The notes under the pieces: generated by a model
Told to the model about the DNA's origin: nothing
What the model saw: the letters and a program-made list of their open reading frames with translations, nothing else
Databases searched by the model: none
Virus record (IMG/VR): IMGVR_UViG_3300017708_000776
Span: 1-62,649 of that record
Origin: a virus
Lineage: Duplodnaviria > Caudoviricetes
Length of the DNA: 62,649 nucleotides
Reading direction: 5' to 3' (one strand)
Made by a program: the position numbers and the translations under genes
Shown here: piece by piece, positions 1-8,892 of the stretch
Position numbering within the stretch: position 1 is the stretch's first letter
How the letters are laid out: each line of letters starts with the position of its first letter

Positions 1-1101
1 CGTATCTTCCAACCCAACATCCGAGTTAGAATAACCAGAACGAGTCGTTTGTGTTGCAGAGAAGATCGGTACGTCAAACTCGACTGCAAGGCCGCGTAAC
101 TCTTCAGCAATTGCTTTAATGTAGTTATATGAATTGATTGCACCACCCATTCCTTTCATTCTACTTGACGCACAAATATTTAAATAATCTATAAAAATGA
201 TATCTGGTTCAAACTGTCGCTTTAATTTTAATTCATTTAAAAGTCCACGAAAATGTCCTGCGTGTGCAGATCCAGTAGGATACTCTTTGATGATTAGTTT
301 ACCACTTGTTTTAGAAGATAATTGTTTCACCTTTTCAGTAAACATAGTCTTAGGCATTGTCTCTAATTGATCGATAGGAACATTGAGTAAGTTTGCGTCA
401 ATGCGTTCTGCGATACGTTCTTCTGCCATTTCCATAGTAATATACAATACATTCTTACCATCAGTCAATCCACTAGACGCAACATGACACATGAACAAAC
501 TCTTACCAACACCAGTACCTGCTAGTGCAATGTTCAGAGTTTTCTTCGGTACACCACCTTTGGTGATTGTGTTGAAATGTTCTAGATCAAATGGTATACG
601 TTCTTCTTTTTTGTTATAAAAGTCCCAACGATCCTCGACATTGTCAATATAGTCGTGACCAACGTTTGTGTCAAATGCAACACCCAGAGCCTTAGACAAC
701 AGATCTGGTAATGCACCCTTAGTCATAGTCTCATGTTTACCATCAATGATAGAGATAGACTCCATCACTGCATTGTATATCGCACGATCTTGACACCACT
801 TCTCTGTGTTCTGTATCAACCAATCAGAGTCAGTCTTTTCTTTTACAAACAACTGTGGTAGAAGATCCATTGCCACTGTATAGTTCTCACCGTTGAGTCT
901 GTCAGACTGATCAAGTTCAATCTTGAATGCCTCTGCAGTCGGTAACTTGTTATACTTGGTTACAAACTTTGCAGTCTCTCTGAATAGTATTCTGTAGATA
1001 CCTTCGAAATATTCTGGTTTGATAAACGGTAAAACTTTTCTTGTATACTCATCATCAGTCAGAATGTTTCTTAGGATCACTTGCTCTAAGTTAGTGTTCA
1101 T
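1..1101 (-). CDS. 41: T4-like replicative DNA helicase gp41 (C-terminus runs off the window)
   Basis: Read by hand from ATG at 1101: MNTNLEQVILRNILTDDEYTRKVLPFIKPEYF; Walker A LAGTGVGKS, DYLNIC and AEELRGLAVEF motifs; ATGA overlap with the preceding gene. Confidence 0.95.
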   Translation of the reverse strand, partial: MNTNLEQVILRNILTDDEYTRKVLPFIKPEYFEGIYRILFRETAKFVTKYNKLPTAEAFKIELDQSDRLNGENYTVAMDLLPQLFVKEKTDSDWLIQNTEKWCQDRAIYNAVMESISIIDGKHETMTKGALPDLLSKALGVAFDTNVGHDYIDNVEDRWDFYNKKEERIPFDLEHFNTITKGGVPKKTLNIALAGTGVGKSLFMCHVASSGLTDGKNVLYITMEMAEERIAERIDANLLNVPIDQLETMPKTMFTEKVKQLSSKTSGKLIIKEYPTGSAHAGHFRGLLNELKLKRQFEPDIIFIDYLNICASSRMKGMGGAINSYNYIKAIAEELRGLAVEFDVPIFSATQTTRSGYSNSDVGLEDT

Positions 1102-1430
1102 GTTTCTGCAGTTACCTCTTCCCATTCATCGTCTTCTGGTTTCTTACCTACGACACCTTCATCATTGTCCAGTGCGTTTGCAATAATCTTTTGTAGTATG
1201 TCACCTGCAACTTCTTGAAGCACTTCATTCTCTTCAGTAATAGTAGAGTCTGGTGAAGACTCAACAACAAAGTTAAATGACATAACACCTTCTGCAACTT
1301 CATTGAATGCAATGTTACCATAACGAATCACCGTTTCATTAAACATACCCTTGAGGATTCTGACAGACCAGAACTCCTCATTAACTTCATTGGGTACTAA
1401 TACATAGGTGTCGTTTTCTTCATGCTTCAC
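1098..1430 (-). CDS. gp40-like head vertex assembly chaperone (~110 aa)
   Basis: Likely GTG start at 1430 after GGTGG; acidic small protein in the T4 gp40 position between uvsX and 41; the 5' extension in the ORF track overlaps uvsX. Confidence 0.6.
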   Translation of the reverse strand: MKHEENDTYVLVPNEVNEEFWSVRILKGMFNETVIRYGNIAFNEVAEGVMSFNFVVESSPDSTITEENEVLQEVAGDILQKIIANALDNDEGVVGKKPEDDEWEEVTAET

Positions 1431-2466
1431 TTTCGCCACCAGCTTCGTTACTAAGAGACCCACCAATAGAGTATTTCTGTTTGACAAACTCTTTGAAGTC
1501 AGTCTCTTGTAATATTTGCACCCAGAATTCGGGATGTAAGGTATCTTTTGCTCTAACTTTGGATGGTAGGAGTTCTCCACTATCTCTGTCAACAATGCTA
1601 TACCACCCAGTACTAGGAGACTTGATATAACCACCTGCGATAGCGACATTGAGGAGTCCACTATGAGAAAGCAGACCACCATCCCAAGTAACAGTAATAG
1701 GGATTTTAGACTTTTCTTTGACATATCTTGATTTCTCTACATTAATTATAAAATGATATCCTTCGATCTCAGTGCCTTTCTTTTCCTGTTGGCGACCAAT
1801 GATCCAGATATTATCTGCAGAATAGTACAGACCTGTACCACCACCGACTATATCTTTAGGAAACAATCCAATTTCTTTGTACGTGTGGTTTACTGCAATC
1901 ATAGGAATATTCTTCATCGCAAGGTATGGTGTACACATGCGGAACAAACCTTTCAAGGATTTTGCACGAGACATATCTGCAACTGACTTCTCATTGATAG
2001 CATCTTCTAATTCTTTCTTGGATGCAAGGTTACCAATAGAGTCGATTACAACACATACACGTTCATCACGATCAAGAGAGTCTAGTTGATTTACTAGATC
2101 AAACTTGAGTTCTTCTACATTTGTGATGGGTGTGTGTAGTACACGTGAAGGATCGATATCATACTGTTCAAAGTATGATTGCGGTGATCCAAACTCAGAG
2201 TCATAAAATAAGATAACCGACTCTGGATATTTTTTGAGATAAGCACTTGCCATGATTAAGGCAAATGATGTCTTGAAATGTTTTGATTGACCTGCAAGTA
2301 TTGTAAGTCCAGGCGCAAGACCACCATCGATTGAACCAGACAAGGCAACGTTCATCATTGGAACGTGGGTTGGAACCATATCTTTTTCGTTAAAAAATTT
2401 AGACTCAGAAAGAACAGATGTGTGATCCAACTTACTATTCTTTTTGAGTTTATCCATTATTGACAT
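1420..2466 (-). CDS. uvsX: UvsX RecA-like recombinase
   Basis: AGQSKHFKTS Walker A, YDSEFG, DSIGNLASKKE, GGGTGLYYSAD. Confidence 0.97.
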   Translation of the reverse strand: MSIMDKLKKNSKLDHTSVLSESKFFNEKDMVPTHVPMMNVALSGSIDGGLAPGLTILAGQSKHFKTSFALIMASAYLKKYPESVILFYDSEFGSPQSYFEQYDIDPSRVLHTPITNVEELKFDLVNQLDSLDRDERVCVVIDSIGNLASKKELEDAINEKSVADMSRAKSLKGLFRMCTPYLAMKNIPMIAVNHTYKEIGLFPKDIVGGGTGLYYSADNIWIIGRQQEKKGTEIEGYHFIINVEKSRYVKEKSKIPITVTWDGGLLSHSGLLNVAIAGGYIKSPSTGWYSIVDRDSGELLPSKVRAKDTLHPEFWVQILQETDFKEFVKQKYSIGGSLSNEAGGESEA

Positions 2467-2486
2467 TAATTACTCCTTTAAACACA

Positions 2487-2515
2487 ATTATAACACATAA
2501 TAAAACGGATGTAAA
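2487..2515 (-). promoter_or_regulatory. sigma70-type promoter for uvsX
   Basis: TTTACA-N17-TATAAT with TG extension. Confidence 0.75.
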
Positions 2516-2533
2516 GTCTATTCTTTGGATTCC

Positions 2534-3025
2534 TCAGCCTTCTGGTCTTCCTTCTTGTTCGCCTCCCGATTCATCCTCAGTATACTCTCGTAATACCTTT
2601 CTTGCTGCATCAGTATCCTCCTTTAGTTTTACTCTTCTTCTTAGATCAGATGATGAGAACCTGTGTTCTCTATTATTAAAATAAAGTTGAATGCCTAATC
2701 TACGACACTCATCCTTACCAGTAAAATCCTTGTCACGATATTCTGATCCAAGGATTCTAAGGTTTATTGGATACATCTGTATGATGTCCAACAAGTCTTC
2801 TTCGTATTGGTACACCAGTATTTCGTCCACATACTTTACTGCAGACAACTGTGCATATCGTTCTACGATGGATTGTACTGGTGAGTTTTTATCTGGTCTA
2901 TCAATAGACGGATCTATTTGCAATGCACAGATAAGATAGTCACACTGTGACTTTGCCTCTCTTAACATTGCGATATGACCTGCGTGTAGCAAGTCAAATG
3001 TAGACGCGGTTAGTCCAGTCTTCAT
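2534..3025 (-). CDS. Cytidylyltransferase, TagD/glycerol-3-phosphate cytidylyltransferase-like
   Basis: FDLLHAGH (HxGH) motif and RFSSSDLR. Confidence 0.85.
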   Translation of the reverse strand: MKTGLTASTFDLLHAGHIAMLREAKSQCDYLICALQIDPSIDRPDKNSPVQSIVERYAQLSAVKYVDEILVYQYEEDLLDIIQMYPINLRILGSEYRDKDFTGKDECRRLGIQLYFNNREHRFSSSDLRRRVKLKEDTDAARKVLREYTEDESGGEQEGRPEG

Positions 3026-3159
3026 TAGAAACCTATACCGTCTCGCATGTAGTATTGATGAAACAATGCTTCACCACCCTTGACTGTTCGTTGATACAAC
3101 TCTTCAAGACTTATGTTGTGAAACTCTGCTACTTTTTTTTCCAATTCTTCAGTTGACAT
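3025..3159 (-). CDS. 44-aa hypothetical protein (not in ORF track)
   Basis: MSTEELEKKVAEFHNISLEELYQRTVKGGEALFHQYYMRDGIGF; AAGAGGT RBS; TAATG overlap with the next gene. Confidence 0.65.
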   Translation of the reverse strand: MSTEELEKKVAEFHNISLEELYQRTVKGGEALFHQYYMRDGIGF

Positions 3160-4105
3160 TATAATACCTCTTATACCATTCTATAAATTTTTCTACACCA
3201 ACTTCAATAGGTGTTTCTGATTTGTATCCCAATGCTTGTAACTTACTTGTATCTGACCAAGTCGCCTGCGTATCTGCAGGATGCTTCGGGACAAATTTCT
3301 TTATTGCTTTTCGTTGCAATTGAAACTCTATGTTCTCAACAAACTCCATGAGAGGAACTTGTCTACCATTACCAATATTGTATATGTCTTTCACAATCAT
3401 GGATCTCTGTATGTAATCTACAATAATGTTGATACCTTTTACAATATCATCGACATATGTGAAATCACGAATCATGTCTCCATTATTAAACAAATCAATG
3501 GACTCACCTTTTATTATTTTATTTGTAAAGTCAAATAACGCCATGTCTGGTCTACCCCAAGGCCCATATACAGTGAAGAACCGTAGACCAATCGCCGCAG
3601 GTATGTCACTTGCCATAAACTGAGATTCGTTACACAGTTTACTATAACCATATGGGTTGAGTGGATATCCGACTTTCTCATCTTCCTTCCATGGTAACTG
3701 ATTACCTGCCATGACACATGAGGTAGATGCGTATATAACTTTTTCTACTTCGTGTTCATTACATGCTTCTATCAGATTGTGAGTACCAACAATATTATTT
3801 TGAATATAATCATCTGGGAAGTCAAGTGAGTTACGCACACCTGCATACGCGGCAAGGTGTATAACTATCTCTGGTTTTTTCTCACCAAACCATTCGATCA
3901 ACTTATCTTTGTTCTTTAAGTCTAATTGATCAACTTCGATACCGTCAGTCATGTTGAGTTCTTCTGCACGTGCCTGTTTTAGTTTAGGATCGTAGTAGTC
4001 ATTGAACGAGTCAAACCCCATAACATCGTGACCCTCATCAACAAGTTTGTTTGTTAGGTGATACCCAATAAAACCTGCAATACCTGTAATAGCAATACGA
4101 GACAT
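3149..4105 (-). CDS. NAD-dependent epimerase, UDP-glucuronate 4-epimerase-like
   Basis: TGIAGFIG, HLAAYAGVR, YGYSK (YxxxK), LRFFTVYGPWGRPDMA. Confidence 0.9.
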   Translation of the reverse strand: MSRIAITGIAGFIGYHLTNKLVDEGHDVMGFDSFNDYYDPKLKQARAEELNMTDGIEVDQLDLKNKDKLIEWFGEKKPEIVIHLAAYAGVRNSLDFPDDYIQNNIVGTHNLIEACNEHEVEKVIYASTSCVMAGNQLPWKEDEKVGYPLNPYGYSKLCNESQFMASDIPAAIGLRFFTVYGPWGRPDMALFDFTNKIIKGESIDLFNNGDMIRDFTYVDDIVKGINIIVDYIQRSMIVKDIYNIGNGRQVPLMEFVENIEFQLQRKAIKKFVPKHPADTQATWSDTSKLQALGYKSETPIEVGVEKFIEWYKRYYNVN

Positions 4106-4123
4106 AATCTTTCCTTCTAATAT

Positions 4124-4152
4124 ATTATATCATAATTTGTTTCTAATGTAAA
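4124..4152 (-). promoter_or_regulatory. sigma70-type promoter
   Basis: TTTACA-N17-TATAAT with TG extension. Confidence 0.7.
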
Positions 4153-4972
4153 CAACATTCTGTTCTTTTTCTCTATCATCTAAAACATATTCAGAACGAT
4201 ACTTATTGTTTTCTTCGATAACTAAATCAAGAAGTGAGAAGTCTCCTTCGGCAAATCTAGAGAATGCATTTGTATCCTTTGGGAAACATGCACCACCGTA
4301 ACCCTTCCTACCATCAGGGCCTGGCACTGTCATATGACTATTACCAATACGTTTATCTGTAATCAATGCATTCATCACAGCGTTATACTTGACGTTGTGT
4401 TTATCACAAAGATCTGAGAATTGGTTAAACCATAATACCTTCGATGCGAGGAAAGAGTTTATCCCATACTTGACAAACGATGCCTCTGCAGGTGTCAGGT
4501 AGTATGACCTTGTTGTTGTGTCTTTACATCTACTGTGATCTAGGTAGAATTGGTACAAGTAATGACAATGCGTTTTATCACCACCAAACACATGCATGGG
4601 TGGATTGACAAAATCTTCTAGTGCATTCTGTTCTGTGAGAAACTCTGGATTGTAAACAACCATGTTATTCTCTTCGTGTAGTTTAGTAACTATGTCTGGT
4701 GTTACTGTAGACTTAATAGCAATGACACAGTTCTTAGACTTTAATTGACCAACGACTTCTTCTACAATAGATGAGTCGATCTTACCGTCAGATCCAAAAG
4801 GTGTGGGGACACAAACAAACGCAAGATCTATCTTTACGTCTTTGATTGTCTCCATACCTTTATTGTATATCGGATCTAAAATGTATTGATTTACGCTTGA
4901 TGTATTGAATCCATACTCTACTGCCTTACCAACATAACCATGACCAACAATGGCAACATTCACTTTATCCAT
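4130..4972 (-). CDS. UDP-glucose/GDP-mannose 6-dehydrogenase family (short form)
   Basis: GHGYVG, CVPTP, KSTV, NPEFL, GYGGACFPKD; GGAGAGG RBS before MDKV. Confidence 0.9.
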   Translation of the reverse strand: MDKVNVAIVGHGYVGKAVEYGFNTSSVNQYILDPIYNKGMETIKDVKIDLAFVCVPTPFGSDGKIDSSIVEEVVGQLKSKNCVIAIKSTVTPDIVTKLHEENNMVVYNPEFLTEQNALEDFVNPPMHVFGGDKTHCHYLYQFYLDHSRCKDTTTRSYYLTPAEASFVKYGINSFLASKVLWFNQFSDLCDKHNVKYNAVMNALITDKRIGNSHMTVPGPDGRKGYGGACFPKDTNAFSRFAEGDFSLLDLVIEENNKYRSEYVLDDREKEQNVVYIRNKL

Positions 4973-5141
4973 CAGCATCCTCTCCAACATAAAAACAACT
5001 TAGTGCTTGATTGTTATTCGTTATCAGTACCACTGCTTCTTTCAAAGATACTTGACACTCTTTGTCAGTATTGTACGTACCGATGTGATAGTAGTCTACT
5101 TTTTGGTTTGCCTCAAGTGCTAACCATACTAGAACCCACAT
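4965..5141 (-). CDS. 58-aa small exported two-Cys protein (not in ORF track)
   Basis: MWVLVWLALEANQKVDYYHIGTYNTDKECQVSLKEAVVLITNNNQALSCFYVGEDADG; AAGGA RBS. Confidence 0.7.
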   Translation of the reverse strand: MWVLVWLALEANQKVDYYHIGTYNTDKECQVSLKEAVVLITNNNQALSCFYVGEDADG

Positions 5142-5352
5142 TTAAATATTCCTTTACTCTGTTCTCTGGTGTGCATATTATATTTACTACAGGATCATTG
5201 AACCCTGCGATTGCAATGACTTCTACTGCGATTGTAGGATAATTTTCTTTGGTAGTTACATACTCAAAGCAAGCATCTTCGTGTTCAAACTCTTGCATTG
5301 GTATTGTGAAAGGTTCACCCTTCGTTAGTAAAACTAATATCAACCACTTCAT
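5113..5352 (-). CDS. Small exported two-Cys protein
   Basis: MKW-hydrophobic N-terminus, FEHEDAC and a second Cys (IIC). Confidence 0.7.
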   Translation of the reverse strand: MKWLILVLLTKGEPFTIPMQEFEHEDACFEYVTTKENYPTIAVEVIAIAGFNDPVVNIICTPENRVKEYLNVGSSMVST

Positions 5353-5566
5353 TTTTTAATACTTTCTCAATTACATCTTCGCGTACACAATTCACTGCTT
5401 CTATAGGCAAAGGTTCTCCATACTCAAGTAAGAGTTTTTGTAAGACCGCATCCCTAGATTGGATTAGAGTAATCATACACTCTTCTCTTGTGTCAAATGA
5501 GGGTTCTTGAAACACAAAAATATCACCTGCCAGTGTATTAAAGATTATTACTATCAACCATTTCAT
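5315..5566 (-). CDS. Small exported two-Cys protein
   Basis: MKW-hydrophobic N-terminus, FDTREEC and a second Cys (VNC). Confidence 0.7.
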   Translation of the reverse strand: MKWLIVIIFNTLAGDIFVFQEPSFDTREECMITLIQSRDAVLQKLLLEYGEPLPIEAVNCVREDVIEKVLKNEVVDISFTNEG

Positions 5567-5649
5567 TTGAATCTCTTATGCATTATGACTGCCATCGCAA
5601 TCATCATAATTGGATAACCATATACAACTATGAAGTATATCCATGTCAC
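5563..5649 (-). CDS. 28-aa single-pass membrane peptide (not in ORF track)
   Basis: GTG start, TWIYFIVVYGYPIMMIAMAVIMHKRFK; exactly fills the gap with GTGA and ATGA overlaps. Confidence 0.55.
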   Translation of the reverse strand: MTWIYFIVVYGYPIMMIAMAVIMHKRFK

Positions 5650-5972
5650 TCGTGTTCGCCACCGTTACCACGTAAATTATAGTTTTGTGGTGCACTATAT
5701 TTTTCTGCACTGTCATATACTATAGCAGTAATAAAAATACCAAATACTACTAACAAGTGTCCACCTGCAGATACTCCGAATGCATATGGATTATTTATTA
5801 TAGCTGCAAAGATACCACTCCACATGATAGACAGTATTGAAAAAACCATCAATCCCAACTGAGGTGGTAGATTACGAAGTGGAGAGTTCTTTATAGTCAT
5901 TATACTTTTCCACGCATCTTTTGCACCTAGAAGAGTTCTCGCCCATCCTATGGGTTCTACTTTATTACTCAT
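5646..5972 (-). CDS. Hypothetical membrane protein (2 TM)
   Basis: Two hydrophobic stretches; coupled start/stop overlaps. Confidence 0.7.
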   Translation of the reverse strand: MSNKVEPIGWARTLLGAKDAWKSIMTIKNSPLRNLPPQLGLMVFSILSIMWSGIFAAIINNPYAFGVSAGGHLLVVFGIFITAIVYDSAEKYSAPQNYNLRGNGGEHE

Positions 5973-6187
5973 TTGTTTTCCTTTGTGTTAAGATTAGTAG
6001 GATCGTATTGCTCACCATTATATTTAGAACCTGTTGCATTAGGCCCTTTCTCTACACCATTGTTGCATCCTACGACAACTACTACTAAGAAGAATATGAT
6101 TATATATACAACTTTCTTTGTCCAATCCATAAACATTTCAAAAGTTTTTTCTGCTTCCAACTGTGCGGATTCTCTGGGATCTGTCAT
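5969..6187 (-). CDS. Membrane protein resembling aa3-type cytochrome c oxidase subunit IV
   Basis: EAEKTFEMFMDWTKK followed by a TM helix, like the alphaproteobacterial E-x-E-K-T-F-x-x-F pattern. Confidence 0.45.
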   Translation of the reverse strand: MTDPRESAQLEAEKTFEMFMDWTKKVVYIIIFFLVVVVVGCNNGVEKGPNATGSKYNGEQYDPTNLNTKENK

Positions 6188-6462
6188 TATCCTAATACCG
6201 ATTTTAAAAAGTTAATTGTATTTGTGAAACACGGCATGATATTTAAATTACAATATCTTGCATACTCATCTAGTCCTACCATAATCATAAGCATTATTAT
6301 AGGTACACCCAACATAAACAATGCAATGATAAGGAATGCCCAACCAAGACCTTTTGTTGTACAGTATTCGTGTTTTTCTTTCTCTTGCATTCCCATGAAG
6401 TCACCTGCAGAGGTGAATATAAGATCTTGCATTTCGTCATTGTAATCTTGTTTTTTACTCAT
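6187..6462 (-). CDS. Hypothetical membrane protein
   Basis: One long TM segment; TAATG overlaps at both ends. Confidence 0.65.
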   Translation of the reverse strand: MSKKQDYNDEMQDLIFTSAGDFMGMQEKEKHEYCTTKGLGWAFLIIALFMLGVPIIMLMIMVGLDEYARYCNLNIMPCFTNTINFLKSVLG

Positions 6463-7379
6463 TAACCATTCCTATAAACATATTCAAGTGCACGATCAGC
6501 CTCCTTGTCCAGAGGACGGTTCTCGTACCAATTACCAGTTTCCATATCTAGTTCCCTACACAGTTTAGATATTTCTTGTGCAGTGATCGGATATTGTTTC
6601 TTTATCGCATTACCTGCAATTGCGACCATGATCTGATACATCTTGTGATACCAACCAGTGTTAGTAATTAGTCTGTATTCAGATCCTAGTTTCTTCGGAA
6701 AGAACGGACAGTCTTTATAAGATGTCCAGTGAATATTAGTATTGTCTAGTCTTTGTTTCTTATGCTTTAGATATTCTTGTTTTATATCTTCGGGTAGTCT
6801 ATCAAAAAAATTATTTAAATTAGATTTCTCTGCATACGGATGTTTGAACATAAGTTCATCTGGATCTATATCCACACCAGTATTATCAAAAATAAAGTTG
6901 AAAGCCCCAGAGTACGTACTAGGGATATAATACATTCGTGAATAATCCTTAGTTTGTTTATCTCCAATCGAATTGAGTTCGGTGTTGAGTGCGTACCAGA
7001 AATGTTTAATAGAATCCGATTCAACTCTTTTTGTAAGTGGAAACACCAAGCGAAACTTTGGAAAATCTTCTCGACTGCTAGCAGTACTGTAACAGATATA
7101 AGTGTACCTACTATCCAACTCATTCTTTAGGTCTCCTTCGAAGTTGTGTTCATCTACGTCTACTGCACACCAACCACCCCAATCTACTACGTTTACATTC
7201 TTACGAGTTGTATTGGGTTGGTAGGTTGCAGGAGAAATCAGGTTTGCATCTTCTTTAGACGCTAGTGGTTGTTTAGACAATTGATAGAATAAACTTTTGA
7301 ACTCCGACCAGTTGTCAAAGTCCATTCTACGATGCGTCTTATTATCGTATCTATTCTTAAATATAGTTAGCGAATACAT
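6462..7379 (-). CDS. AEP/primase-polymerase-like protein
   Basis: AVDVD acidic motif, YSTASS..PKFRLVFPL, DKQTKDYSRMYY. Confidence 0.6.
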   Translation of the reverse strand: MYSLTIFKNRYDNKTHRRMDFDNWSEFKSLFYQLSKQPLASKEDANLISPATYQPNTTRKNVNVVDWGGWCAVDVDEHNFEGDLKNELDSRYTYICYSTASSREDFPKFRLVFPLTKRVESDSIKHFWYALNTELNSIGDKQTKDYSRMYYIPSTYSGAFNFIFDNTGVDIDPDELMFKHPYAEKSNLNNFFDRLPEDIKQEYLKHKKQRLDNTNIHWTSYKDCPFFPKKLGSEYRLITNTGWYHKMYQIMVAIAGNAIKKQYPITAQEISKLCRELDMETGNWYENRPLDKEADRALEYVYRNG

Positions 7380-7382
7380 ACA

Positions 7383-8486
7383 TCACCTTATGATATCGAT
7401 TTGACTATCTTCAGACCATACTTCAAGATTACTTCTTAATCTGTTTTCTTCTTTTAATTTATTATATCTTTTAGTGGCAATTTTCTTCCACCACTCTATA
7501 AGTCCATCTTGATTGAATCTGTCAAAGTTTGGGGCCTCAACTATCTTATCAGTTTTACCATTTACAATGTCAATATAGTTTTCAATACCATAGTTAGACA
7601 CATAATATCTTTTCTGTTCTGTCAACTGTTTTGCATTATTAATTGTTAGTTTAAACTCTGCGAGGTCTTCACCCTTTAAAGATCTTTTTAATAGTCCAAT
7701 AATCGCATTAGTCATTTTTAATTTTCTACTTGATGCACCTTCTGGTACAAGTTCGCCTCTACCTACAATATCCTCAACATACTTAACAAGATTAAGATAT
7801 GGTTCACCGTTAAGCATAGGGATAAAATCAGAGATTGTCAAGCCCCTATTTCTAAGAAATGGTTTCATACCATCATACTGACTCGATGATTTAGAATTAC
7901 CGTACAGACTTGTAGTTTCAAACATACACAAGTTCATGTCATATTTTTTGTTTAGTTTTTCTCTTACCTCATGAGAACAACACAAGGCTGCAAGAAGTTT
8001 ACCACCAAGATAATTATATCCGAAAGGTTGACAAGGAACTATGGCAAATCCCATAATAGTTGTTTTGTTGAACATAGTAAGTTCTGGAACCTGTCCTAGT
8101 AAATCATTACGAGGTTTACAGTTTATCACTGGAGAAGCAAGTCTAACGAACCCAACATACTTATTTGTGTTCATTTCTTTTATTGCGAATTTTACATTTT
8201 TGCCAGGAATACTCACCATATTACTATGACTTGATATTAGGCTTAAGGAAGTATCCCATATAAAATTATTTGGTTCTACTATTTTCAGATCCATGTCTTC
8301 TGGTGACATAGAAAAATCGTCAAACATATCATCTTCCAGACCCATGCCTGGCAATGCAGTTGGAACATTTTTTATTTGTGCAAGTTTTTGATCACGCATG
8401 TATTGATCAATTCTATCAAATTGACCAAAGTAATCATTAAAGACACCTGCACAATACTGTGCTTGTTCTGTATTCAATGTATTCAT
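7383..8486 (-). CDS. DUF4338 (DruA-like) protein
   Basis: NYLGGKLLAALCCS and ETTSLYG..SSQY motifs. Confidence 0.65.
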   Translation of the reverse strand: MNTLNTEQAQYCAGVFNDYFGQFDRIDQYMRDQKLAQIKNVPTALPGMGLEDDMFDDFSMSPEDMDLKIVEPNNFIWDTSLSLISSHSNMVSIPGKNVKFAIKEMNTNKYVGFVRLASPVINCKPRNDLLGQVPELTMFNKTTIMGFAIVPCQPFGYNYLGGKLLAALCCSHEVREKLNKKYDMNLCMFETTSLYGNSKSSSQYDGMKPFLRNRGLTISDFIPMLNGEPYLNLVKYVEDIVGRGELVPEGASSRKLKMTNAIIGLLKRSLKGEDLAEFKLTINNAKQLTEQKRYYVSNYGIENYIDIVNGKTDKIVEAPNFDRFNQDGLIEWWKKIATKRYNKLKEENRLRSNLEVWSEDSQIDIIR

Positions 8487-8492
8487 AATGTT

Positions 8493-8521
8493 ATTATACC
8501 AGAAAACTTTACAGTTGTAAA
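8493..8521 (-). promoter_or_regulatory. sigma70-type promoter, very close to the DUF4338 start codon
   Basis: TTTACA-N17-TATAAT with TG extension; -10 ends 6 nt before the ATG. Confidence 0.7.
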
Positions 8522-8892
8522 GTCTTTTTTAGATCTGGTTCAGAATAATTTGGCCCTTTGAGAACCTTACCGTCCTCACGATAGATGGGTTTACCATCCT
8601 CTCCCAACTTAGACATATTAGATCTTTGAACTTCTCTAAAGCATGAATCAAGATCAAGTCCAAAAGCATGACCTGCACCATAGGTTACATATAATATATC
8701 GGTTAGTGCGTCTGCGATTTCAACGAGATCTTTATTTGCAATTGCTTCCTCTAATTCACCAAGTTCTTCTGCGATAAGTTCTAATCTAAGTTTAGAAGTT
8801 TCATCATCTGGTAACTCTGGTTCCCTCTTCACCTCTTGACCAAACGTCTCCATGAAAATTCTTACCTTATCAAAGTTCGTCTCGCGTATCAT
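8509..8892 (-). CDS. MazG-like all-alpha NTP pyrophosphohydrolase
   Basis: LIAEELGEL, DALTDILYV, EVQRSNMSK, REDGKVLKGPNY. Confidence 0.85.
   Translation of the reverse strand: MIRETNFDKVRIFMETFGQEVKREPELPDDETSKLRLELIAEELGELEEAIANKDLVEIADALTDILYVTYGAGHAFGLDLDSCFREVQRSNMSKLGEDGKPIYREDGKVLKGPNYSEPDLKKTLQL

Noticed and set aside
1431-1724. 5' extension of the 208-aa ORF overlapping uvsX
   Set aside because: An alternate frame of uvsX that happens to be open; a GTG with an SD-like GGTGG at 1430 gives a gp40-sized protein
7383-8486. Complete Druantia defence system
   Set aside because: Only a lone DruA-like gene is present; no large DruE helicase nearby
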